A stretch of DNA of 64,000 nucleotides from Tubiluchus corallicola (taxonomy: Eukaryota; Animalia; Priapulida), in the NCBI GenBank assembly GCA_030141605.1, contig JAQGDQ010000100.1:568706-632705 (forward strand). The letters run 5' to 3'. The position numbers and the translations under genes were made by a program. Positions 1-15,700 of this stretch are shown here, piece by piece. A model generated the notes under the pieces. The model was not told where the DNA came from, did no database searches, and was given only the letters and a program-made list of their open reading frames with translations. Numbering within the stretch: the first letter of the stretch is position 1; each line of letters starts with the position of its first letter.

Positions 1-63
1 TAAATCTCAAGGTTAATTAAATTATTTTACTACGTATTCAAGGGGAGAAAAAGTATTTTATAC

Positions 64-343
64 CTTTACTAGTGCTGAATACGGAAACTTATCCCAACTA
101 AGCTCTTCTTCCAGGCCAAGAGTTTCCTTTTAGCTGTCTTTTTCGAATTCTTCCTGCAGTGGAGCTGCTAATTCCCATTCAATCGCCAATGAAGAAGATA
201 ACGTTTTTGGCAATATTTGTGTTCGGTTTCATATTCATTGTGTTACCCAGGTAGTTCCTTGCCGAAATGCGGTACTGGTAATTTATATCTATTTTCAAAT
301 AATACGTTTTGAAGCTATCTCCAAAAAATTGCATCGAAGTCTT
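64..343 (-). pseudogene. Alkaline phosphatase exon, disabled (gene continues off the left edge)
   Basis: Minus strand reads ...KPNTNIAKNVIFFIGD*MGISSSTAGRIRKDS*KETLGLEEELSWDKFPYSALVK, matching the ALP N-terminal motif AKNVIxFxGDGMG...LSWDKFP. It has in-frame stops (GDGMG became GD*MG). Bounded by a cttcag acceptor (344-349) and a gtata donor at 63. Confidence 0.8.
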
Positions 344-1149
344 CTGAAGATAATTAATGACTGCATTATAAAAATCACGAATGCCTAAACAAATGAATAA
401 AAACGGACTGATGAATAGAAACTACATTTGAGTGAGTTTTAGTTTGTCATTTAACTGTCTGGAGCAAACGATTTAGCAGTAAACATTGCAATTGACTACC
501 TAAGAGTCTGGGGCTAAATCATGCAGAAAACAAACAACGGCAGTAAATCAAGCAATCGGCCACTTATTAGACAATTTAGACTGGGGCTAAATGAGTCAAT
601 AGTAAATCAAGTAATTTGCTATCTGACAGTCTGTAGTTAAACCATGAATGTAGACAACCAGATTTGACAAAACTTTGCACAGAAAGTACCTACAGAAATA
701 GAGGAAACAAAACCAATGCTTTAGGTCGCCTTGCTATCCTCTTTTTCTTTTATTTTTACTAATATTTATTATTGAACATAGACATATATCACTATCTTTG
801 CAATGGCTGGATGTGGCTAGTGTACATTTTGTAAATTGTTGGCCAAAAATAAATTTTAATTCAATTCAGTTTCTTACGGTTATCGCAAGGTATGAAGAGC
901 TCACGAAAGAAGCTAGAATGGAAGCACTGATGTGCTTGGATCCTGCACGTATTTGTTCATTTCTTGTAAAGATAATAGTTTCTTTAAGAAAATCACAAGA
1001 AACGTTTACAGATGCAATAGAACCCGTTTTTTCGTAAAAATTTAGAATGTGCAAAGTTGGGGCAGATCCATTTATACGTTAGAATGAAAAAACTCCAATA
1101 GGGCCGATCTATTAACGGGCGCGATCTGTTTAACGAACACATTTCAGGG

Positions 1150-3150
1150 TCGCACTGGGAAAGTGAAAGATTGGTCTGCAAAGAGCATAAATAACAACAA
1201 AGCCAATCGCGCAGTTAGTGCCGGATCAAAAACCATTCGGAGCAATCTGGTTCCATCAATAAAAAATTTGAAATTCATTCTCTTCGTAGACGCTTTGAAA
1301 TATTCGTTAGCTGCTTCGTTCTTAAAATGCTCGAAAAAGTATGCAGCTGCGCCATATAGTTAATTCTAATTGACAAATCGTTTGATTTATGGCCGTTAAA
1401 ATAGTTAGTTTGAGCTTATAAAAAATCTCCAATTATTCATTTATTATAATTTTATCTATTTAGCATAATTTTTAACCGAGTTGAAAATGTGCATTTTATA
1501 GTGATATTAACTTTGCTTGTTTTTTGGTAATTTCTTTCTGAAGAAAATGCGAATTATTATCTTACCTGTACTCGTTACAGCAACTACCATTAAGAAGCTT
1601 ATCGATATCTTTAACAGTGGCATTTTTACTAAACTGTGAACAGTAGAAGAAATCTTAGAGGCAGCCTGACTGGACCGCGCCTGAGAGAACAGCCTGTACA
1701 ATGCCAAAAACTTATTGCATTAGTGCCATGCTTGCACCGTTTTTAGACTCTAGGAATAACTCAGATGTTCTAAGAAGATTCCATATATAATATTAATCAT
1801 GCGTTAACATAAAATAATAAACATTCTGCCATCTGCGAATAGTTTGCAATGGTCCTAGTCACGGTTATCTTGTAACAGAGTAGCTATGATAAGAGTAACT
1901 TTGTATAGCAAAATTGTAGCTTATTCGCTTCTGTCTCCTAGTTTGTGAATTGGAATTGTTTTGTTAATGTTTAAATTGATTTCTGTTGGTTACCTCTGCC
2001 ACTGAGATTCAAATTTTTTAAAACGTCTTTTTTCATGCACATTTTTCTATAGCAAATTTATTGTAATATTTGTTGCGCGAAAATATGCAGGATACTTATT
2101 AGGCCTGGACTTGCACAGTGCACTTTGAAAAGTAGAATTTTATTTATCTATTGATTTAAAAATTCACCACTAAGGGGAAAAGTGCAATAAAAGCCTGCGG
2201 CGAAACTTTTCACCTAGTTCTGAGATCTGACAGCTTGTGAAGTATCTTACTCTTAACAAAATTATGAGTTTAATCAACATGCATTAATGTTATTGTCAAA
2301 GTAGGTTTACATACAATTTAAACTGATTAGTAACAGTAGCTTAGCAGGGTCTGCTAAGGTGGAATTAAGCTACTGCTTTAAAAGTTAAAGCCCCAGGAAG
2401 CATTCTCGACATATGAAAAGAACATACTCTTGAAATCTCCCTAAAAGCGAAGGAGTCTTAAAGCTTCTTGGACATCCATGACTAGTCTTAGAGTTAGACA
2501 ACACACGGTACCGTTACAAGATATGTTTGCACTCAAATTGTGAAAGATTTGAAAAAATTAGGGACCACGCAGAAGGCGCATTGTCTGATGCTTTTTAATG
2601 CCGTAAAATTTAGAAAAATGTGTCGGTGGGCGTAGCATCTTAGCGTCTAGTTTCGCTAAGAAAGTTATTGTTCTCTTACCTAATTGCTAACCGAGCAGAA
2701 ACAAGGGAAAGACTTGATCAATCCTACAAACTATTGAAGCCGGTAAAAGAGAATAATTTTTGAAGGTTTATTTAACACTGTAAAATTCGTTTACAGAAGT
2801 GCGAGGACTTTCAAAGAAAACGGTATTAACTTTTCTCTCTTACTGCGTCTTTAACCTACAGCTTCTGAAAATCTGCTAATAACAAGCTGGAACTTTGGAG
2901 GCTTTTTGCCGCCTTTTTTGATTGAACGGTTCTTACCTATCTCTTACTGAAATTAGATACAGCTCAACAATTTCGTTTGAAATCCGAATTATTTTCACGG
3001 TACCAAGTTACCATTAGAGTAAATTTATTACTTGATGAGGGAAACAATAATCGCCCAATTAATATTGATCTCCTTTGTTCTAATGACGACGTTTCAACAA
3101 CATCTATTGCTGTTTTCAAGGTCAACTGTAACAAACAAAGACAATACACA
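1150..3150 (-). mobile_element. Possible highly decayed Bel/Pao LTR retrotransposon pol remnant
   Basis: Frameshifted minus-strand fragments in Bel/Pao order: ILIG-like motif (~3060, protease region), LRGP(N)-like motif (~2570, RT start), YGAAAYF (~1350, RNase H-like). No LTRs seen; recognition by eye only. Confidence 0.35.
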
Positions 3151-5391
3151 TACACAAGCTTTATACAAACCGGATGTAAATAAATTTACAACAAACTCAC
3201 CATGCAGTTTATCACTTGGTTTTCAAAAATGACTGCATAATTTTATAACAAGTAACTTAAGCTGAAAATTAACATAATAAACAGTAACACTAAGGCAATG
3301 GTTCGTATATCATGATTTACCACAACGTTTAGAGACTTTCGTCATAACTTTACATTTGGCCATTATTTAGCTTTAAAAACTTTATTTTTGTATGTCACTG
3401 TCCTTTGAGAGCCTTTGTTTTCTTGCTTGTTATTTCTGATAAACTAAATTTAATTCTGATATGATGCTAGATAGAAATAGCAAATTGCTGTTGCAGCGTT
3501 GCTTAGCTTCCTTCCTCCAGTCGTTTCCTTCCTCTCTTCGATCCATTCTTTCTTTCTTTCTTTTTTCTCATTTCAACTGGAAAAAACTTTCATTGTTCAT
3601 GAATCACTCTACATCTTGACTCTGTAAGTGCAAAAAGTAAAAAGGAAATAGCGTATTGTGGCATGAGACCTGACTGCAAGGAAAGTGAAATCTTTGTTGA
3701 GTATTGGCGGGTGGATAGCTTTGGTAGCTGAAAGCATGTTAGATAAAGATTTGACTTTTGACTTTTGCGATGATAATAATGGTTTTCATATTTACTTTTC
3801 ATAGGTAAAAAGGGTGTTAAGCCAATCTTGGCCACGATTAGACGTCATTCAGAACTAATTGAAACATTAAGAAAAAAAAATCAACGTTACATTAATCCAC
3901 ATGGAGACATTCGACCCGATGAAGAATCCAAAGGAATCCCTGTAAAGCAGTAAAGGTCAGTATTTTACGTCTCTGTATTGCTGCATATCTAATATTTTAT
4001 ATTTTCGATGATTATTATTGCATCAGCAACAATGATGGCAGTTATGATTAAAATAAAGCTGTGCAAAAAGTCTTAGCAGTATACATTGAGCAAGCCTTTA
4101 AGTAATACCTACGTTACAATCGTCTTTATTGCCGTCATCATCGTTAATGTCATTACTATTTTAATTGTCACCACCATCACTATCACCATCAACTTTTATC
4201 ATTATCAATTTCAGTAACAACAATGACAAAAAAACGACAATTAGAAGAGCTTTGAAGAGCAATTCTAACAAACTTCATGGTCAACAGCAACAACAGAGAC
4301 GTGTTAATGCTATAATGTTAACGTGTGTCTAAATGCTGTTAACGTGCGTTGAAATAATTGTAATTTATACAAACATTAGCCTAATTCTTTTCCGGTTTTG
4401 CTTTAATAAATTAATGACGGTAACAGGCTAACGAATTTTCTCTACATACTATAATTATCGCACCCTGTATTGTGATGCAGTAATAAGTTTCACCAAATAA
4501 ACACGAGGTTTGGCCAAGTACGCTTACATCGTGCATCATTATAAAGGTCATGTAAACAGTAATTTTGCGCTTGTTTGTGATCTGCACGTTTTGATTCGAC
4601 CAGTTTTACTTGGTCTTTACTGAATGCACTCTGTCTCTGTAAGAATTGGGATCATTCCTTATTGTACCCAAGGGAACAACAGACACAGCATTACTTTATT
4701 TTGTTATGAAAATGTAATGTTTTCCTATGCTATATTTTCCACTATTTAGATAACAGGGCAGAACGCCAGTAAATAGATGGATGACTTCTGTTTTCATTAC
4801 TGGACGTTCTATGCGTTTTGGGCTGTTTCATTCGCTACACTAATTGTGTTTGCTTGGATATGCACACCAGAGATAATTACTTTGATAATAAGTCAGGTTG
4901 TGGCATTCGTTTAAGTAATTCCTGCCAAGGAGTACTGGAATGCCGTTTGCAGTGTACTAAACTGTGTAAAAAATGACACAGTTTTGTCATTTGTTTTATG
5001 ACTTTTCATCGCCAATAAATAACATCTCTGTGTCCCAGGCATTTTTTCTCTCGTTCTGGAAATATATCAATAATTTACAAGGCGAGATGGCGCTGATCTT
5101 CGAAAAACGAAAAATATGGTTCGATATAAGCGTCTTTTCAACTCTGTGGTCTTTTCCCACAAGACGGCTCGTTACGTTATGTGAATAATCTTGCACTTGC
5201 GCAATTAGAACTTGCATTATCTGAGATGAGATTTATTTCTCTCTTTGTGTACTAATAATATGCTTTTGCATTTGTCCAGGAAGTGCTAAAGTGTCACATA
5301 TTCACCAATTAATTTCTTCAGTTCTTGCACTCTGGATAAAAACTTATTACGGGCAGTTTTTTGTGGACTGACACAAGTTACTCATTAAGTT

Positions 5392-8232
5392 ATGGTGGCT
5401 GGTGGCGATCTCGTTATTATTTTGGGTTTCTTCGTCGTTTTCGTGTATTGTCTCATTGCGGCTACAAGTCAAGAAATTGCCTACACTCACGGTGTCGAAA
5501 TTCGCGAGGCAAATGACGACAGGAATAATTCTAAGATGTTTAGAGATATTCATGTTGCTTTATTGCTCCCAATAACTGGCACGTGGAGAGCCGGTCTTTC
5601 TCATTTAGCAGCATATGAAATTGCGTTGAACATGATTAACAAAAGATATGATATTCTGAGCGGCTACAGGATAGTGGCGCATTATGCAGACACAAATGTA
5701 AGATTATAGACTTTTTAACCCTTTTTGTTTCATTATTCAGTGTTGCGTTTAGGCAAGTTAATGTCATGTACATGTATCCTGAAAGTATTATTTTTTAATT
5801 GCAGTGCAGTCCAGGATGGGGCGTAAACGTTATGCAGAAGCTGGTTTTCACCCCGCCAACTAAACTTATGCTTTTGGGTGACTCTTGCTCACCCGTTACC
5901 GAAGCTACAGCTCAGGTATCTCATTATTGGAATCTCATACAGGTAAGTTTCACTCAGCCAGGAAAGTGAAATGATACCTAATTTTCCACTGTCTTAATCG
6001 TAACATTGCTATGAACGATGCTAAGAATAGGTTGAAACGTATTTCGAAGTATTGAAATGATCTTTAGATGAAAGGAAGTGCAAGTGAAAAATTCAGTTTA
6101 GTTTAAACGTAGGTTTACTGTAATAACATAAATTACAATGTAACTAGAACAAGACAGCTCTACATCTGATAAACGCTCTTCATCGGCAATGAACACTTAA
6201 GTAGCGTTTATGTATCATCCGGATGCGGATGCGTTTTAGGGGTGCGGAATAGATAAAATCGGTTTATATTGTTTTCCATGCACCCGTTTATGCAGCCTGC
6301 GTATGTGTTATTCTTTTTCTGCAGCTATTCCTGTTGATTTTCTCCGCAGGCTGTTCCGCATGAAAACGTATCCGCATCCGGGTGCTACATAAACGCCTCT
6401 TGGGAAGAGTGCAGACAATAACTACAAAGAGTAGACGTATTACAGTATGACTACTAGCATACATAGCATAATGTTGACAATAACATTAGTATTATCATGT
6501 AAACAGTGCAAACTAATACAGTGATTAGAAGCACTTAATAAGAAAAATAATTTTCTGTTAAATATGCGAAAAATACGTTTAAATAAAAAATTCTTGCTGA
6601 GTCGGGATTTGAGTTTGAGAACCTTGAATTGTAGGTCGAATGCCATAATATATTGATACGTATATAATGTTCTTTATTGCAAATGTTACACAAATACACT
6701 TACGACATGAACTGTCTAACTATTATTATGCTTATTATGATATTGGTTGTAATTGGTTACGAGGTCCACGCAGTTCCTTTTGGTCAACCAATTTAGAAGA
6801 CTTAAATTTAATGAGAAAAAGCCGGGATTGATCCCGGATTTGAGCCAACGAGTTTGCGTCATTGTGTAGCAATCAATATGCAACAATTTCTGCGTCATTA
6901 TGTAACAATCATTATGTTACAAAAAGTAAAAAAGTAAAGCAATATTAAAGATGTTATGTGGGATTCATCGTTGTCTGTGGTTGGGTCTTGTCACGGTCCG
7001 GATGAAATCTAATTGTAGGACTGGGTCAATTTCTTTCTGTTCTAAGTGTGGGTCTAACTCCAGTTTCGTTTGGTCTGGTCCTTGGCTGGGCTGTCTGGAC
7101 CTAGTCTGTTTGAAGTCTGGTCTGTCAGAGTTTCATACTTTACATATTTTCGTACTATTCTTTTGGGTTTTAACACTACCGGCAGTCAAACATTTTAAAC
7201 TCACGAATGACACCATCACTGCTCATTTCGATTATACTGATCACCAAAAGGTGGCAAGCACCTTTTACCCTGCTGTGATGTTATGTGGGTAAATTGAGTA
7301 GGTAAAAATACTGAAGATTTTCTCGCATCAGTTACCAGACTGACTTTGTTGAATCAATTCCCAATCATTAGGAGGAAAATGGAGTGTGTGCGTGTGCGTG
7401 CGTGCGTGTGTGCGTGCGTGCGCGCGCGTGTGTGTGTGTGTGTGTGTAAGTGCATATATCTGTAAGTGCATATATATATATGCAAGTGCAACGTCTATAT
7501 ATATATAGACGTTGATCTTTTTTTACGTTGGCACTTCTGTGACAGATCAGAACTCAGATTAGAAACGCAACAAACCAATCACAGCTCAGACATTTGACAT
7601 ATCAGACGTCAGATTTAAGGCAAATCAATCACAGATTAGATCACTGAGACAAGGCCAAGCCAGAGTCAAACTCACATCTAGAACAAAAAGAAACCAACCC
7701 TATCCAATAATTAAAGCAATCCAACCGCACACCACGACCAAGACTACATTAGCTTTATTACGTAATAAATAATTCTTGTTACTAAATTGTAACTTGAAAT
7801 TTGAAATTTGTGGTTTGTTACGTATGCAGCACGTTATGTCACATAATGCTACATTGTTATATGATGGGCGTTTTGTTACATAATGAATCTTAACAAATGG
7901 TTATTTATTACAATCATAATGTTGACCTGGTGTTGATTATTAGATCTTTTTACTCTGTTTAGATTTCACCTGGTTCAATATCACCAGCCTTATCAAATCG
8001 AGAAAAGTATCGGAAGTTTTTTCGAATCGCAGCATCTCAACTGGACGTGAATCCGGTGAGAATCAATCTCATGAAACATTTCAACTGGAAAAAAGTTGCC
8101 GTTATTCAAGAATCTCTCTACATCTTTACATCTGTAAGTGCAAAAAATGAAAATCGAATGGTGTTTATTTATGTATAGGAATTCGTTAGTGCAAAAATAC
8201 TTCGTTAAAGCGTAATGCGTTTAACTGTATGA

Positions 8233-8269
<37 letters not shown>

Positions 8270-8311
8270 GAGAGAAAGGGAGAGAACAGAAGTGCTGGAG
8301 GAAAAGAAAGA

Positions 8312-8375
<64 letters not shown>

Positions 8376-11300
8376 AAACGAGTGAGAGAAAGAAAGGGGA
8401 TTAATTTGTGCAGTTTAAAATTTCATTTATTTTACAGCTTACATATGAGTTTTTGCCGTTATTTATCAAAGAAAATTTTACATTAATCCACATGGAGATC
8501 TTTGATCCAGCGAAAAATCCATCCGAAGCACTGGATGCCATTATAGTATGTACTCATTACGATTTTAGTGCTTTTGCGAATACTAGGTTATAAATGTTTA
8601 GATTCCGGTCACGCCACAAGCATCGCGCTGAGGAAGGCCTGTCGTTGAATATTACTTCCATACCATAAACTTTTTATTTCGGCTTGACTAGCACAACCGG
8701 GAAAAAACATCATAGCCGAGGATCGTATTTGAGATGCCGTCGCGTGCCTTTGTTTCAAGTATTCTGAAGCTACTCTAAATAAGACGATAAGGCGATACTG
8801 TCAGGTCATTGTCATACTTCGACATTCATAATATTTAAAATTTATATACGTCAACACCGGTCGAAAGTTAACTTTGTGAATGTACTGCGTATGTACGTGT
8901 GTGAATATACTATGCAATTATAGGCACCCAAGTATTACAACTATAAATTGTAGATAGAATTCTAATATAAGCGTGTGTGCATATTTGAGTGTATCGCTTA
9001 ACTGAAAAGCTTTCTCATTTTTATTTGGCTAACGGCAAGATTTCCATGCAATACAGTATACGTATCTCATATGTTATTCACTGTTGTCTGTGCTATCCTT
9101 TGTTCAATACGTCTACAATCCACGTGTAATTTTATTGGATTTAGGTTATTTTAATTAACTAAAAGCATGGTTTTCGATTTTTATGACAGAGAAGTGGCGC
9201 AAGGATCATCTTTGGAGGGTTTTATGAAGCCAGAGCTATTCAGGTCTTTTGTCATGTAAGTGTACACAGATTTTCTGAGCGTATAAAATTTTCTCCTCGT
9301 TGTTTGCAAAGATTAATGCATGCGCGTGATTAGAAAATTTTATTTTGTAGTAAGTTGTTACTTAACGTAGTTGACAAAAACATATGAGAAACAAGGCGAC
9401 CGCCATCAGTACAAAACTTTATAACGTCATTCTTCTGTGGTTATTTCCGCCATGACGATAATTTTGCATTTCAGAAAAGGATTTCTTTTACTGTGTAATA
9501 AGTCAAACAGGCAGCCGATTTCGATTTCTTTACCTCAATTGCTTGCACGCGCGCTTGAAATTAAATATAATCCCTGAATTAAGGAAGCTAATAAAACACG
9601 ACTCACATTTATGCTTTTCTTTGATTTACAGTGCTATCTACGGGGCTTCTATGGAAGCAGAGTGCAGTGGATTATTAATGGATTCTTTGATGATAATTGG
9701 TTCACAAGAGAGGATCCTAATAAATTCGGGTGCACCTTAGAACAGGTACTAAGATGACAGTTTAGTTAAAATATTTACTGACAATCATATCGGTATATCC
9801 TTGGTAATTTTTTTTATTGCACATACAGGTGAAGATAGCCATGAACGGATACATTGCCACAGGGGCTCAGTATGCGACTCCTTACGAAAGGCGAGGTCTG
9901 GCAAATGTAACTGTGTCTGAATTTCGAAAGAAATACAACCAGCATGTTAACTACAAGGATTTATGGGGACAAAGGTTTTACATTTTGTTGTCATCGTAAA
10001 TGCAAATTAACTTTCTTATCTTTAAAACGAAGAGGTGATTGATTTTTTTTGTAAAAAAGATAGGGAGATACCATTAATCCAAATCTGTCATAGCGAAAAT
10101 CTGCACAAGCAAAGAAACAAATTTACTAGAGTAATCCTAGTGCAAAAATTTTGCTTAGTTGCAAGCGTATTTACATAAATAAAAATACATTAGTAAAACA
10201 TGCTCATAAATTTATTTTTGGAGTTACAATACTTGAGATTAAGCTAAAATATAAACAAATTATTATTTATTGATTAGGATAATTATCGATTATAGGCTAA
10301 ATGTATAGCTCGTACATAAGAGAAAATAAAAAAGCAGGTTAAGACTCATTAAATCTATGCAAAATATGTTTACGTAGTAAACCAGCTAAGGAGATACCAG
10401 CCACGTAAAGAGTAAACTGCAAAAAACGAGAACTGATTCCGGGCAAATTCAAAATACGTTATTTGTTTTGAAAATTATTGTGCTAACTTTGGTTCCATTC
10501 GCTGGCATTACGGGGTTTGCGATAGTCATTACGAAAACAATGTTCATGCGTTTGCAACTACCTTGCTACATTGCTAATCTGTTTTGGCTGCTCGTGTAGG
10601 TACGCAGAATGGGTATTTGACTGCATGTGGGCAGTGGCTGATTGCTTGAACAGAACTGCAACGGAATTAGCAAAACAAGGTGAACGATAAGAATTGCAAA
10701 TCATTTTGTTGTTTTGTATAAGATTTATAGTTTTGCAAAAGACAACAGAGACTTAACTAGTGCATAAAGTATAGTATAACAAGCTAAAATTGTCTACTTT
10801 TGTGCAGGAAAGGGTTTAGAGGACTTCACTTACTCTGATCTCAATTTTACTGACTTGATGTTCGACCAAATGTCTAGTACTAATTTCTTTGGCACGCGAG
10901 GCGAAGTCAGGTTTGATGAAACAGGGACCGCAATCAGTAAGGTCAGAATAGCCCAATTTCAGAGTAAGTATTGGAATTCATTGTGTCTTCAAGTGAGTTC
11001 CTTTAGAAGTACACTGGTCTATCTTTAGTTCCAGAGCAATTTTACTAAGTCAATGACGACACACACATTGTAACGTGACACTAATATGACACATGTGATA
11101 CTATAGCATACTAGTATACTATTTTGTATACTGTCCACCGTAAGTGGCGTCATCCACTGACGAAAAATAAGTGTGTGCTTGTGAACTTTTGCGATACATT
11201 CTCGCAACTTTAAAATTAGGCTGTTCAACCTGTTTTACATTCCCTTTCTGCGTAGTGAGTAATTTTTTCCTTTTCAACATTTTAATTTTGAGTATTTCCG

Positions 11301-12706
11301 GTCTTAATGCCAAAGCTTTATATGTTCTTGTGTTTATAACTTCACTTATAAAAAATTACGAAATCAATAATTTAGATTTATCCACGTTTCAGCAATGTTA
11401 CCGGTAATAAAGCAAATCTATATGCAGTTACAGTATGACTGCAAAGCAAAAACAAACATACATTAACATTGCTGCACGTATAACAAAATGCTCAATGTGT
11501 GCAGGAATTAGTGTTTGTCAGAGTAATTTGTCACTAGCTAAAATGTAGCCTTCATATTTGCTTACTACGCGAACACATCTGCAGATGGTACCGTGAAGAC
11601 TATAGGAGCTTTTTACGCTGAAGAAGAAATCAGTGAAACAAAATGCCTTAATGCTTTCGTTTGGAACAGTAAGTTATTTAAACATCCTTTAGAATTATTT
11701 GGATGTGTAAATATAATCTTATTGTTTATTTTTTTCGAAACAATTATAAGCTATAAATATATGAAAGCTAGATTGTGCAAAAAGTGTTTCTACAAGTACT
11801 TTAACTTTAAGAGTTGAAAGCCGAAAAACACAACATGATTTTAGACAGAATAAACAGTGCTTTACAGCAAACAATGGCTAGGGTTGAAGTAAAAATTTTA
11901 ATGACAAATTCAGCACAATGGGTAATAGTTAGGTAGTCGGTTAGTCAGTCGGTCACTTGAGTGCTCCGTTGAGTAACTAGCTGAATCAAGAAACACTTAG
12001 TGTTCAAGACAGGTCTTATTTAATCCTATTAACTCACACCAAAGATCAGGCTATCCGTGACTTTCTAGTGTTAGTGAACACATGCTTATAGTGCGCTCAA
12101 TAACCATTGGAAATGGTACATTAGTTTGTGAGCTATTTAGATCGCATTGAGATTGTTTTGGTCTGTAGGGCTGTGTAACCTGACGATTAGGACGTTAGAA
12201 TCTGACTGATGTCAGACTTTTATATTTCTTTTTCGGCCACGTTTTGTTACAAAATTCATCAAACTGTGAGTTTATTGAATAACTCACTATAATTCACTAT
12301 GTTATTATTTTTAGCGGATACTGGGTTTCCTCCTCTTGATGGTCCTATCATAAAGTTGACTTACCTCCTGGTGGATAAAAAAGCATATGCTGCCATGTCT
12401 GTTTTGTCTTCGCTAGGAATTCTGATAGCCATTGGTTTCTTGATTTTTAATGTAAAGTATAAAAATATGAGGTAAGTATAAATGTATACTGTTTCTGTGA
12501 TGACCCGAATTTAGTGAAGTAAATTAGCTTTTTGGTCTCACTATTCGTCGCAACAAAGGAAGCCTCAAAGTACGAAGACATGTACATAACTAGATAACTA
12601 TAGCTACTGTCATTTATCCTGTTAAACGTTTATTAATCGTAAGCTACCGTTCTTAGGTTTTCAACTCCGTCCATCTCTCTCTCTCCCGCTCTCTCCCGCT
12701 CGCTCT

Positions 12707-12752
<46 letters not shown>

Positions 12753-15700
12753 TTATAATCATGTACTAACTATATGTTAACTTACATTTACTGTATGAGA
12801 TAAGTAAAAATAAATTTTATATTCGAATAATAAAATCTTGTCAGTCTTATACACATCGTGTGTGCCTATTACTGCTTGGCGCTGCTACCGCTGCTGTTAT
12901 TACTGCTACTGCTGTTACTACAAGCACTACCCTTTCATTATTTTAGAGTTGTCAAAATGTCGTCACCGAATATTAACAGCTTAATTTTAATTGGATGTAC
13001 ACTTTTCTACACGGCGGTATTCTGTGCTGAGACTGCACCCACTAAACGCACTGTTTATGTATGCACGGTAAGAATTTCCAGAGTCGAATCTAAACGTTGG
13101 TGGAATTGAACATTATTAGTATATTACCTGAGGGCATTTATGCTTGAAAAAAAGTAAGGTGTTGAAACGTAAAGCGAAATGCATAACTTTCACTCGACAT
13201 TTCGAAATATACATTAACTATTTGCCGCTTGATAATATGGTAAGTGAATAAGAGACATATTCTATTGAGTTACTTTGTTTCCGAAGTAACTCTATAACAC
13301 CTTCTATTTTGCCATGTGGTCTTTCTCGTTCTCATTGTTCACGTAACAAGTTTTTGGCCAGGTTTTATGCTATGTCACGTCATAATAGAGTTACCACGTA
13401 TTCGAAATGTTTGTGATAAAACGGATTCAGTAGCAACGGTAAGTAGCATTCTAACTAATATATTCACGAAGAAAAGGATTCCAAGGGCAAAAAACTTAAT
13501 AAGCTAATAACCGTATCCTATATCACATTCCAGTTTAGTAATAGATGCACGACGAATACGGATTACATTTCTGATTTAGTTATTTTGCCCTATTTAGATC
13601 TTTTTTTATAATGCTGTTGCAGATTCGAAATCTGCTCCTTGTAAGTGGTTTCTCTCTTGCCTTTGGAGCTCTTTTCTCAAAAACGTATCGGATACATTAT
13701 ATCTTTACAGATAAAGATCTGCATAAGCGCAAAGTAAGTGCTTGTACATAATTATGTTAATATTACAAAAATATAATCTTATTCATACACTTCCTTTAGT
13801 TAAGGTTTCAATAATATAACTTATAAGATATTCAAAAATACATAAAATTTAAAAACTTCTTATTAGTGTTGTTGTTGGATTCCCAACTTGGGAAAATTGC
13901 ATTAACTACATAAATGCATCCTATATCAAAAGTTAAAAGACTGTAATTATTCTGGTATGTCTTACCTCGTTTTGTGAAAAGCCACTCTAATGTATATATT
14001 ATCTTTATAATGCAATCGTTTGTGCTTGTACAGCAAGGTGTGGATCTATAGCAACATCCTGTATAATGTGCGCCAATTTGAAACAAATAATGAGTAACAT
14101 AGAAAATTCGGTTTAAAATTTTAAGTTGAGACCATTTTGCAAGTTTGTCGTCTTGTATTTCAATTATGTCGAACAATAGCAACATCTTATAGTAAATTAA
14201 ATACTGTACGATATGGAACATAGCACAGAAATATTTGTTGTGGTATGCTGTTAATAATTTTTGGCTTGGTATTACATTGCAGGTTATGAAAGACAGGCAG
14301 CTATTAGTAATTGTCTTAACATTATTCGCTGTAAATGCTGTTATATTTATTCTTTGGGTTACAATTTCACCTGCTACAGTCAATACTACACGTGCTATTC
14401 CGCAGGTACGTAACAAGGACTTCACTTTGGTAGTACGTAAATTTGATTTACCAGTTTAACATAACATAAGCTTTTGCTTGCGGGGTACAAAAACAACGAA
14501 AAGCAGAGAACAATTATTGCATCAAAGTTTTGCCTAAAGACTATAGAATCTATCATGCCCTCAACATTTATAGTGGACGCCTCGCGTGTCAGATAAATCT
14601 TCAGTGTTGAGGATGTATCATAGGAGGTTCAAAGAGAACTTTACGATCCTCCAAAACATCTTGTAAATGTGTCACAAGCTTGCCTTTAAATACTCATCAA
14701 TCCTTTGGCAAATTCTTTGATCATTTTATAACTGACGCATGCGATGCAATTTGTCTGCAGCAAGATGTCTGATACAAATTTTTGCTAGATTGTGGGCTAG
14801 ATAAAACGCTGTTTAACCAACTTTGTCACACACAGATTTTTATTAAACATGCTTGTTCCAACTGATAATGTAATAACAAAAAATTAACGCATAATGTAGT
14901 AAAAATCAACGCATAGTGTAATAAAATTAACGGATAATGTGATAAAAAACTTAACGCATAATGTAAGACCCCTAAAAACGCTCGAAGTTAAACGCATATT
15001 GTAGCACCACACAACGCGTATTGTAGTAACAAACATTCTAACAGATGAAGTCTAAAAATTGATATTTTTTTCATGTCTTTTGTGAAATGATACATATTAT
15101 ATGGGATATTTCAAAATCTCATGATATCATTTTAATGTGTGAATATGCTGATCATATCGAATGAAAAGAAACAGTAAAAATATATTGCCCAAAGACGATC
15201 TTTCGATGACTCTCGTGTAAAACATGTTGAACAACACGTTGTTGGGTTCTGTACAAAATTCAAGAGAACCTCGATCTTTTATGTACGGATCAATAACATA
15301 ATATAAAGCTGTACAAACAAATGCGAAATTCGAAAAGATAAAGTTAAATTTTTAAATGAAAAGTATCAAACAAATCCCAGTGTTAGCTAATTACGTTATT
15401 TCATGGTTTCAATGACTCCAATCAATAATTAGCCAGTCTCCGACAGATGCAAAACGCAAAGCTAATTTATCCAGTGATCATTTTGTATGTCGAAGTAGCA
15501 ATGCCACGAGCGCATGCATCTCACGTTTGGTTTAATTAACTTGCATGCTTTTGCATCTTAAGACACGTCGTTTTTTGGCAGTTTGATTGGATACAAAAGT
15601 ACACATGTATTTAAAATGACAATTTTTTCTAGACTACGCACGCGTCGTTTTGATTACTCTTTTTTCTCGCAATGTGGTTGGGGGGAAAAGGCGTGGTTTC

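Noticed and set aside
6720-7930. Loose inverted similarity (tcattatgtaacaa / ttgttacataatga) and a 26-bp palindrome at ~7489
   Set aside because: Too degenerate to define an element; probably old repeat debris.
13832-14425. 197-aa minus-strand ORF
   Set aside because: Antisense to a GABA-B exon and intron, no ATG start, no recognisable domain.
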